Source of the DNA: Bacteroidota bacterium
GTDB lineage: Bacteria > Bacteroidota > Bacteroidia > UKL13-3
DNA length: 64,000 bases
Reading direction: 5' to 3'
NCBI GenBank assembly: GCA_947453415.1
Contig: CANGGG010000001.1
Span: forward strand, 29,504-93,503
Under the pieces are notes generated by a model. The model searched no databases, was not told where the DNA came from, and was given only the letters and a program-made list of their open reading frames with translations. The position numbers were made by a program, and so were the translations under genes. Each line of letters begins with the position of its first letter. The stretch's first letter is position 1. Positions 8,961-16,816 of the stretch are shown piece by piece.

Positions 8961-9010
8961 TTTCGACAAGCTCAATGGCCACGGACGTTGAGCTTGTCGA
9001 AACGTTTTTT
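8961..9010 (+). terminator. REP-type perfect 15-bp hairpin plus T-run; likely the hrpB terminator
   Basis: TTTCGACAAGCTCAA (8961-8975) pairs with TTGAGCTTGTCGAAA (8988-9002), followed by CGTTTTTT. Confidence 0.7.
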
Positions 9011-9029
9011 AATTATAGTAGTTTGTAAA

Positions 9030-9467
9030 CTATAATCGGTAAGCAATACCAAAAAGTAAGTTAACACTATTTACTTTTGTGTCGCCACCAGGTATTGTAT
9101 TATACAATCCTAAGTTGCCGCGTATTTCAGAACTTAAATATATTTTTTCTTTAATAGGATATTGCAATCCAGTACCAAAACTTAGTCCAAAATCAAATTT
9201 ATTGGTAGCCGCGGTATAATCATTTGTTCGAGTATTAAAATTATCACCTTTAGTTACAAAAGTTTGGCTAAGTAAATAACCAAAATAAGGCCCAGTATTT
9301 ACAAAATACTTAACTCTTTTTCCAAAACTTAATCTTACTAAAACAGGTAAGGTTAAATAATCAAAATTGAAATTAACAACTCCTTTACCAATTGAAGCTC
9401 CATAATTATCAGTAAATTCAAATTCACCTTCTCCGCCCTTTCTCTCATAAGCTATATTTGTTCCATT
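9030..9467 (-). pseudogene. 5'-truncated remnant of an outer-membrane beta-barrel (porin-family/OMP_b-brl-like) gene
   Basis: My own minus-strand translation gives a 145-codon open frame: NGTNIAYERKGGEGEFEFTDNYGASIGKGVVNFNFDYLTLPVLVRLSFGKRVKYFVNTGPYFGYLL...GLSFGTGLQYPIKEKIYLSSEIRGNLGLYNTIPGGDTKVNSVNLLFGIAYRL*. It has alternating beta-strand character and an aromatic-rich C-terminus. It has no ATG/GTG, and its only in-frame TTGs lie in the last ~45 codons, too far downstream to act as a start. It has no signal peptide, and an in-frame TAG lies immediately upstream. This explains its absence from the ORF track. Confidence 0.65.
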
Positions 9468-9485
9468 CTATCATTTACCAAAAGC

Positions 9486-9514
9486 AAAAAAAAAGGCCAC
9501 CCTTTCGGGTAGCC
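9486..9514 (-). terminator. Rho-independent terminator of the giant T9SS cargo gene
   Basis: The minus strand reads GGCTACCC-GAAA-GGGTGGCC followed by a T-run (plus-strand A-run at 9486-9494). It lies ~40 nt after the stop at 9555. Confidence 0.8.
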
Positions 9515-9554
9515 TTTTCTTTATTTGCGTAGTACTTACGCTAGAAGAAACTTC

Positions 9555-12500
9555 TTAGTTTTTCAACATTTTAAATACTTGAGTATTTGATTCTGTTGTG
9601 TAACGTACAAAGTAAATTCCTTGTTTCAATTTGTCAACACCGTTAACAGTGATAGTTGAATTACCTTTAACCACGTCAATATTTTGGCTAATGATAGTTC
9701 TACCATTGATGTCAGAAACTTCAACAGTTCCATTTGCATTGTTAACTGTTTCAACTGTAATAGTTAAGTCAGTAGTAAATGGATTAGGAGTAACTGTTAC
9801 TTTTTCTTTGGTGTTTTCAGCAGTTTTGATTTCAATAGTTTTAGAATAACTGAATGAGTTATCGTTATCAACCATTTTTAAACGGTAGTAAATAGTACCT
9901 GCACTGTTTAATAAAGTAATAATACCTTTATCTAAGTGATTGTATGAAGTTAAAGATGATGTATTACCAGCAGCTTTTACATTAGTAATAGCTGTAAAGT
10001 TTTTACCATCAATAGAACGTTCAACAACGAACATGTTAGCATTAATTTCGCTAGCAGTAGTCCAAGTTAATTTAGCGTCAGCGTTTAATAAGCTTCCGTT
10101 AAATGTAGTTAACTTAACTGGTAATGGATTGAAAATATCAGAACCAGTGAACAATTGAGTAGCATTAGAGAAACCTGTATAAGTTAAGTTGTTGTTTGTT
10201 GTATCAACTGAACTACCTGAGTTTGTATTCCAAGCAACACCTACTTCTTTATTTGCTAAACGCATGTAATCTTCTGTAAATCCAAAAGTAGTGTACATAG
10301 TACCCATCCAATTGTCTCTATAGTTAATTTTAGCATCGTATAAGTATGTTCCTGCAGGGGCAGTAATACTAGTATAGAAATAAGGGAAGTTAGGAACTGA
10401 AGAACCAATTTGAATTGGTGCTTTTCCTGAATACTGACGTACAGCTATAGTAGCTGGAGGAGTAGTAAACGCATCCCAAGTAATAGAAGCAACTGTATCA
10501 TTACCCAAAGTAAATATTTGAGTAGTACCAGCAGTTGGAGTAGCAGGTGTTGCAGTAGCTGTAGGAGCTAAAGTAGAAGCACCTGGATTAACGTTGTAAG
10601 CACCTATATCTGGAGCACCATCTACAATAGTAGCAGGACGTAAAACACCGTTTATATCTGTAGGGTTAATTGCAAAGAAATCACCACGACCGTTTAATGC
10701 CCAAACAGCTGTATCAGCAGGATTTGGAGTATTATTAGATAATGAAGTAACTGCAGGGCGGTAGTTAATACTTAATTTATCGCAAGAACAAGCTGTTCTC
10801 CATAAAGGTAAAGTAGTAGAAGCACCCACACCACTAGTTAAACTAGAACCATAAGTAAAGTAGTTATTATTGTTCATTAACGCAGTAGTAGGAGTTGGAA
10901 TTGCAGCAAAATATGCGGCAGAACCTGTTCCTGTATTAGCGAAAATGTTGTTTTTGAATACTAAACCAGTTGTTCCTAAATTATAAATATAAGCAGCCTG
11001 AGTAGCAGAGTTAATATTAAACGTGTTGTTAATATAATCAATGTTATTTGAATAATAACCAATGTAAATAGTAGAAGAACCAGCACCACCAAAGAATGAA
11101 TTATTTGCTACTTTACCTCTTCTACCTGTAATACCATTTCCATTACTTGAATAATATCCAAGATACATAGTAACTGCATTTAACAAGTTAATTTTGTTAC
11201 CTGAGAAATTGAAACTATCAGCATACATGTAGTAATAAATTTGACCACTGTAACCTGAAGAAGTTGAAACTGTATTATTGATATAGTTTAGACCTTGGCT
11301 ATAGTAACTATAGAAACCATAAACATAAGAATTACCAATAATATTGTTATCAACTGTAAAGTTCCAATATCTAGAAGCTAAAGTATTAGTAGTACCATAC
11401 ATGTATATACCATAGTATGAACCATTGATAATACCGTTTTTGATAGTAACACCATTACAAGAACTAGTTAAACCAGTACCATAAACAGCGTAGTTACCAT
11501 AACTAGTTTGAACTGCCATGTCAATGTTACAACCTATGATAGTATCAAAAGAACTAGCACCAGAAATAACAATACCATTTTGAGTTGAAACTGTACTTGT
11601 ACTTCTTAAAGTTAGATTTTTCAATGTAGTATAAGAACTACCATTAAATTGCCAAATTTGAGCTGCACTAGTTGCAGGAAGTATAATTACTGAATCTCTG
11701 TTATTAGCCATTGATTGGAAAGTAACAGTATTAACACCACTAACACCAGGAGCATTAGCATAAACTATAGCTTCAGCATAAGTACCTGTTCTAACATTGA
11801 ATGTTACAGCACCATCAACACCACGAGATTGTAATGCAGCAATTGCATTGTTAAATGTAGTGTAATTAGAAGCAGTAGCACCAATGGTATATGTACCATT
11901 CATAGGAGTAATTACATTTGAAGTAACTGTATCGTTAGCTCTGTTAGGATCTGTAGAGAAGTTAGGGTTAGAAGTATAAACTTTTAAGTTATAATTAGTA
12001 CCACTAACTACAGTAAATGGAGTAGAGAATGAAACACTTACAGTATCGCAAGAGTTTAAAGTACCAAACCAAGAAGTAGTAACAGGAGTTCCACCATTAA
12101 TTGCATAAGCAATATCGAATGAAGTTACAGTATTAGCACCAGTGTTTCTAACCAAAGCAGTTACAACATTAGTACCAGCAGCAATAGGGAATACTGGAGA
12201 TAACAATTTATCTAAAGCAATTTCATTACTGAAACCACCTTGGAATTCATAAGCTCCAACATCAGGTGGAGACATTCTAGTGTAACCAGTAATATCAATT
12301 AAGTTATTAGGATTAGTTATACCTTTTAAACCACAACCATTAGTTAAGTTAAAGTTACCAGCAGCTGCATTTACAAAAGGTAAAGTAGTTAATGCTCTAG
12401 ATGAATCACCTCCACCAGTAGTAGTTTGGAAAGTTAAGTTAGTTAAGAAACCACCTCTATATAACAAATTAGTATTTGCCGCATTATAGTATGAATTATA

Positions 12501-15500
12501 ATTAACGTTACCTGTAGTTGGTGAAGTACCAAAATAAGCAGTAGTTCCAGAACCACCAGTAGCTTCTCTAACAAAAATATTGTTTTTGAACCAACCGGTT
12601 GCAGAACCTGAATAATATAAATTACAGTATGAAGTAGAAGTAGCAGCATATGCCATTCTCATGGTGTTATTATAAAACTCAGTATAACCTGTATTATATA
12701 AATAAATACCATAGTAACCAGCATAAGTATTAGTACCACCATCTACAATATTATTATAAACTTTTAAAGGAGCAGTTGAAGTTCCACCACTACCATTCAT
12801 ATACATATATATACCATAACCACCAAAGTTTATTACTCTGTTACCTATGTATTCAATAGATTGAGTAGTACTAGAATTTTGATGGTAGTAGTTATACATA
12901 CCATAATATCCATAAGTAGTATTCATGTTTACAGTATTGTAATGGAATTTAGAAGCGTTATAAATATAAGGCATATAAAAGCCCATATAGTAACCTAAAG
13001 TTAATACATTACCTCTTACTAAAATACCTCTGTTTTGAGCAGCATTTTGATTACCGTAAATTACATAACCATAATAAATACCACTAGTTCCACCACCTGT
13101 TACTGTGTTACTATCTAAAGTAACTGAATCGGCAGTAGTAGCCACAGTACCGTAACCTACTGGAGAACCACTTACACAAATACCATAAGCAGTATTAGTA
13201 CTTACGTTAGGTAATAATACCAATAAGTTTTTAAATGTATTCATGTTACCATTACACATACCAGCACCTGAAGCAGGACCTGAATAAGTATTTGTAACAG
13301 TCATGTTTTGGAAAGTTACATAACTAGTAGCATTTAAAATTAAAGCTGCTTGAGAAGCTGTAGAAGTAGAAATGATAGTAGTTAATTTGTTAACACCAAT
13401 AAATGTTACTTTATTAACAGCTGAAGCACCTGAAATATTACCAGTAAGTACAACCTGAGGATAAGTTCCTGGAGAAACAGTGAAAGTAACCCAACCACTT
13501 ACACCACCCGAAAGAGCTGCAATAGCAGTAGTAAACGACTGGAAGTTAGTAGTACTAACAGCAGCAGAAGGATTAATAGTATAAGCACCATTTAACGGAC
13601 CAGTTAATAATACTGAAATAGTATCATTTGCTCTGTTAGGGTCAGTACTGAAGTTAGGGTTAGCAGTATATACTTTTACAGCATTGCTACTTCCTAAGTT
13701 AATTTGGTTACCACCAGTAAATACAACTGAATCAGTAGCACAAGAAAGTAAAGTACCAAACCATGATTGAGTAACGGCAGTTCCACCATTTAAAGTATAA
13801 CTAGCATCAAATGAAGTAACAGTAGTATTACCTAAGTTTTTAACTCTAAAAATTACATCTTGGTATCCAGAAACAATAGGAGCAACAGGAGTTACTAATT
13901 GAGAAACTGTAATATCACCAGCTGCACCACCAGTAAATTCGTAAGCACCAAAATCAGGTGGAACGTTACGAGTATAACCAGTAATATCTATTGGAACTTT
14001 AGTAGATAAATCTACACCTTTTCCAAAACAACCATTTAATAATCTTAAGTTAGTAGCACTAGCAAAAGGAGTAGAAGTAGAGAAAGTAGATGAATCACCA
14101 CCTGCAGTAGTTGTTTTATAGTTAGATGAAGTAAATGCACTACCTCTAAATATTAAAGTAGTATTACCTTCATTGTGGTATAAGTTATAATTAACATAAC
14201 CGGTACTAGGTGAAGTACCAAAATATACTGGAACACCAGTACCAGCAGTAGCTGTTCTTGAGAAAATATTATTTTTTACCCAAAGATTAGCTGAACCTGA
14301 AGAATAAAAATTAGTATATGAAGTAGATGAAGCAGCATAAGTCATTCTCATGGTATTATTGTAAAATTCAGTATTACCTGTACTGTATAAATAAATACCA
14401 TAGTAACCAGCATAAGTGTTTGTACCACCGTCTATAACATTATTATATACTTTTAAAGGAGCAGTAGCAGTTCCACCACTACCATTCATGTACATGTAAA
14501 TACCATAACCACCAAAGTTTAACACTTGGTTACCTATGTATTCAATAGATTGAGTAGTACTAGAATTTTGATGGTAGTAGTTATACATACCATAATATCC
14601 ATAAGTTGGATTCATCGTTACTTTATTGTAATGGAATTTAGCAGCGTTATAAATATAAGGCATATAAAAGCCCATATAATAACCTAAAGTTAAAGTATTA
14701 CCTCTCACAAAAATTCCTCTGTTTTGAGCAGCATTTTGATTACCATATATTAAGTAACCATAATAAATACCATTAGTTCCACCACCTGTAACTGTGTTAC
14801 TATCTAAAGTAATTGAGTCAATTGCAGTAGCAGCAGTTCCGTAACCATTAACAGAAGAACTTACACAAATACCATAAGCAGTATTTGTACTTACGTTAGG
14901 TAATAATATAGTACAACCTTTAATGGTGTTACTAGAACCAGCATCACTTGTAGCAGAACCAACAATACCAACTCCTGAAGCAGGACCAGTATAAGTATTA
15001 GTAATGGTAAAGTTTTTGAAAGTATAATACTTACAACCATTTAAAATTAATGCAGCTTGAGAAGCTGATGAAGTAGAAATAGTTCTAGTTGAGGGATTGA
15101 TACCATCAAATGTAATTGTGTTTGTAGCATTTGCATTTGTAATAACATTTGCAGGAACTATTACTTGAGGGTATGTACCAGGTGCCACGTTGAACGTAAC
15201 AGGACCAGCTAAACCAATAGCAACTAAATCTGCAATAGCAGTATTAAATGAGGTATAGTTTCTAGGACCAGTAGTACCACCAATGGTGTAAATACCACTC
15301 ATTGCACCAGCGATTAGTTTATAGCCGGCTGGGTTAGTTACAGTAGGAACACGGAACATACTATCAGTAAAACCAACACATTGTCCATCTAAAGTATCAC
15401 CGTTGGTAGCAGTAGTAGTTAAATCATATACTAACCAGTAATAATTATCACCAGCACGTAAAGTATCACCAGCGGAAGTAAAGTTTAAAGTTCCACTAGG

Positions 15501-16511
15501 AGAAGTAATAGTACTACCAAATTGGCGAATTACAGCTCCAGAACTAAATGTACTGTTATTTCCAGTATATAATACTTTAGCAGCTGCTACGTTATTTGAT
15601 ATATTATTAGAACCAGTAGTATTGAAATCAATACCATAAACTACCTTAGGGAACATATTACCTGTAGTATTTGCAACTGCAGCTAAAATAGGATTGTTAG
15701 TTGTACCTGTAGCAGCATTACCAATAGTTTGAACTGAAGTAACTGAGTTAAAAGTCATAGGTAAATTAGCCCATTTGTATGTTCTGCCTGAATCAGGAAC
15801 TAAAGTTGAACCAAATGTCATAGTACCTGAAGTAACAGTACTTGAAGTTACAGGAGCAGCCCAAGATGAAGTAGAGTTTGATAAAACAGAATAATCTGCA
15901 GTAGTAGCACCAGAAACACCGGTCCAAACTGAATAAGAACTGTTAGAACAAGGTCCGTAAACAATTTCTACTGAATTAACAGTTTCGTTCAAACGGATTT
16001 GGAAGTTGTAAAGAATACTTGTATTGTAGTAATACGAAGACCAATCTCTAAACTGAATAACACAAGTTCTGAAAGGAGCAGTACCAACAGTATCAATTCT
16101 GATATTACTAGTTGATAATCCAGCACCTTGTAAATCTTGGTTCATTGCTGAAATAGTGTTAGCTTGAGTTGTAGGAGCACTGCTGTAAATATTAGCAGTA
16201 ACACCACCTAACTTTAAGTAACCGTTAGCCGAAATACCTACCGAAGAAAAAGTATTTCCTTGCCAAACAAAGTTAAAGCCAATGTTTTGAGCAGCGTAAG
16301 TATTATCATCATCTGTAGAAGCTGATGAAGTAGATACTAGCTGACCTCCAGTAATCATCCTTGCTGCATAAGAGCCGGGATTTGTAGAAGAAAACGCCAT
16401 TGTGGAGATTTGTGCCCTGACACTGTTAAATGTCAACAAGCACAAAGCAGTTACTAAGATACTCATCAAAGAGCTTCTTAGTCCTTTCCTTTTTTTGTAG
16501 TTGTTTATCAT
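9555..16511 (-). CDS. Giant (2318 aa) secreted, repeat-containing, parallel-beta-helix-like protein with a type-A T9SS C-terminal sorting domain; adhesin-like
   Basis: Signal peptide ...LTFNSVRAQ. G/Y/N/T-rich repeats such as GYYGIYLY and NNxF. CARDB-like modules (…VKNLGNTTVTSFDASYTLNGG…). C-terminal VTVTPNPFTTDLTI...GIYFVRY...VFKMLKN. Confidence 0.85.
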   Translation of the reverse strand: MINNYKKRKGLRSSLMSILVTALCLLTFNSVRAQISTMAFSSTNPGSYAARMITGGQLVSTSSASTDDDNTYAAQNIGFNFVWQGNTFSSVGISANGYLKLGGVTANIYSSAPTTQANTISAMNQDLQGAGLSTSNIRIDTVGTAPFRTCVIQFRDWSSYYYNTSILYNFQIRLNETVNSVEIVYGPCSNSSYSVWTGVSGATTADYSVLSNSTSSWAAPVTSSTVTSGTMTFGSTLVPDSGRTYKWANLPMTFNSVTSVQTIGNAATGTTNNPILAAVANTTGNMFPKVVYGIDFNTTGSNNISNNVAAAKVLYTGNNSTFSSGAVIRQFGSTITSPSGTLNFTSAGDTLRAGDNYYWLVYDLTTTATNGDTLDGQCVGFTDSMFRVPTVTNPAGYKLIAGAMSGIYTIGGTTGPRNYTSFNTAIADLVAIGLAGPVTFNVAPGTYPQVIVPANVITNANATNTITFDGINPSTRTISTSSASQAALILNGCKYYTFKNFTITNTYTGPASGVGIVGSATSDAGSSNTIKGCTILLPNVSTNTAYGICVSSSVNGYGTAATAIDSITLDSNTVTGGGTNGIYYGYLIYGNQNAAQNRGIFVRGNTLTLGYYMGFYMPYIYNAAKFHYNKVTMNPTYGYYGMYNYYHQNSSTTQSIEYIGNQVLNFGGYGIYMYMNGSGGTATAPLKVYNNVIDGGTNTYAGYYGIYLYSTGNTEFYNNTMRMTYAASSTSYTNFYSSGSANLWVKNNIFSRTATAGTGVPVYFGTSPSTGYVNYNLYHNEGNTTLIFRGSAFTSSNYKTTTAGGDSSTFSTSTPFASATNLRLLNGCFGKGVDLSTKVPIDITGYTRNVPPDFGAYEFTGGAAGDITVSQLVTPVAPIVSGYQDVIFRVKNLGNTTVTSFDASYTLNGGTAVTQSWFGTLLSCATDSVVFTGGNQINLGSSNAVKVYTANPNFSTDPNRANDTISVLLTGPLNGAYTINPSAAVSTTNFQSFTTAIAALSGGVSGWVTFTVSPGTYPQVVLTGNISGASAVNKVTFIGVNKLTTIISTSTASQAALILNATSYVTFQNMTVTNTYSGPASGAGMCNGNMNTFKNLLVLLPNVSTNTAYGICVSGSPVGYGTVATTADSVTLDSNTVTGGGTSGIYYGYVIYGNQNAAQNRGILVRGNVLTLGYYMGFYMPYIYNASKFHYNTVNMNTTYGYYGMYNYYHQNSSTTQSIEYIGNRVINFGGYGIYMYMNGSGGTSTAPLKVYNNIVDGGTNTYAGYYGIYLYNTGYTEFYNNTMRMAYAATSTSYCNLYYSGSATGWFKNNIFVREATGGSGTTAYFGTSPTTGNVNYNSYYNAANTNLLYRGGFLTNLTFQTTTGGGDSSRALTTLPFVNAAAGNFNLTNGCGLKGITNPNNLIDITGYTRMSPPDVGAYEFQGGFSNEIALDKLLSPVFPIAAGTNVVTALVRNTGANTVTSFDIAYAINGGTPVTTSWFGTLNSCDTVSVSFSTPFTVVSGTNYNLKVYTSNPNFSTDPNRANDTVTSNVITPMNGTYTIGATASNYTTFNNAIAALQSRGVDGAVTFNVRTGTYAEAIVYANAPGVSGVNTVTFQSMANNRDSVIILPATSAAQIWQFNGSSYTTLKNLTLRSTSTVSTQNGIVISGASSFDTIIGCNIDMAVQTSYGNYAVYGTGLTSSCNGVTIKNGIINGSYYGIYMYGTTNTLASRYWNFTVDNNIIGNSYVYGFYSYYSQGLNYINNTVSTSSGYSGQIYYYMYADSFNFSGNKINLLNAVTMYLGYYSSNGNGITGRRGKVANNSFFGGAGSSTIYIGYYSNNIDYINNTFNINSATQAAYIYNLGTTGLVFKNNIFANTGTGSAAYFAAIPTPTTALMNNNNYFTYGSSLTSGVGASTTLPLWRTACSCDKLSINYRPAVTSLSNNTPNPADTAVWALNGRGDFFAINPTDINGVLRPATIVDGAPDIGAYNVNPGASTLAPTATATPATPTAGTTQIFTLGNDTVASITWDAFTTPPATIAVRQYSGKAPIQIGSSVPNFPYFYTSITAPAGTYLYDAKINYRDNWMGTMYTTFGFTEDYMRLANKEVGVAWNTNSGSSVDTTNNNLTYTGFSNATQLFTGSDIFNPLPVKLTTFNGSLLNADAKLTWTTASEINANMFVVERSIDGKNFTAITNVKAAGNTSSLTSYNHLDKGIITLLNSAGTIYYRLKMVDNDNSFSYSKTIEIKTAENTKEKVTVTPNPFTTDLTITVETVNNANGTVEVSDINGRTIISQNIDVVKGNSTITVNGVDKLKQGIYFVRYTTESNTQVFKMLKN
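11910..15300 (-). repeat. Two consecutive ~563-aa (1689-nt) intragenic duplications within the giant gene; a third, more diverged unit follows at <11910
   Basis: Unit 1 starts at ...GAMSGIYTIGGTTGPRNYTSFNTAIADL (~15300). Unit 2 starts at LNGAYTINPSAAVSTTNFQSFTTAIAAL (~13590). Unit 3 starts at MNGTYTIGATASNYTTFNNAIAAL (~11910). The nt tracts ~14529-14606 and ~12840-12927 read identically by eye. Confidence 0.85.
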
Positions 16512-16575
16512 ATATTTTATTAATTTATTAAGGCGCTAATGTGCGAATTCTCAACGAAAAAAAAAATATAGTTTA

Positions 16576-16654
16576 AACACTATAAGTGTTAGTTTTTACA
16601 AAACACTAGTAATCAGCATTAAATTTTCCGCTTGTGATCAAATTGTGACACAAT
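16576..16654. promoter_or_regulatory. Operator-like palindromes in the upstream region of the giant gene
   Basis: AACACT-ATA-AGTGTT (16576-16590), ATTGTG-A-CACAAT (16642-16654), and a direct TGTGA...TGTGA pair (16633-16648). They lie 65-145 nt upstream of the ATG at 16511. Confidence 0.3.
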
Positions 16655-16816
16655 TATGAGCAGAATCAATACTATAATTCACTAAAATCAGCCCGAATCA
16701 AGAAGGAAAAGTATTATTTAATACAAAAAAAACATTGAATTTTACACAAAAATTATTGAAAAATATCACTAAAATATTGTTTAATTAATGATTTAATATT
16801 TTAATAAAAAAAGGGT

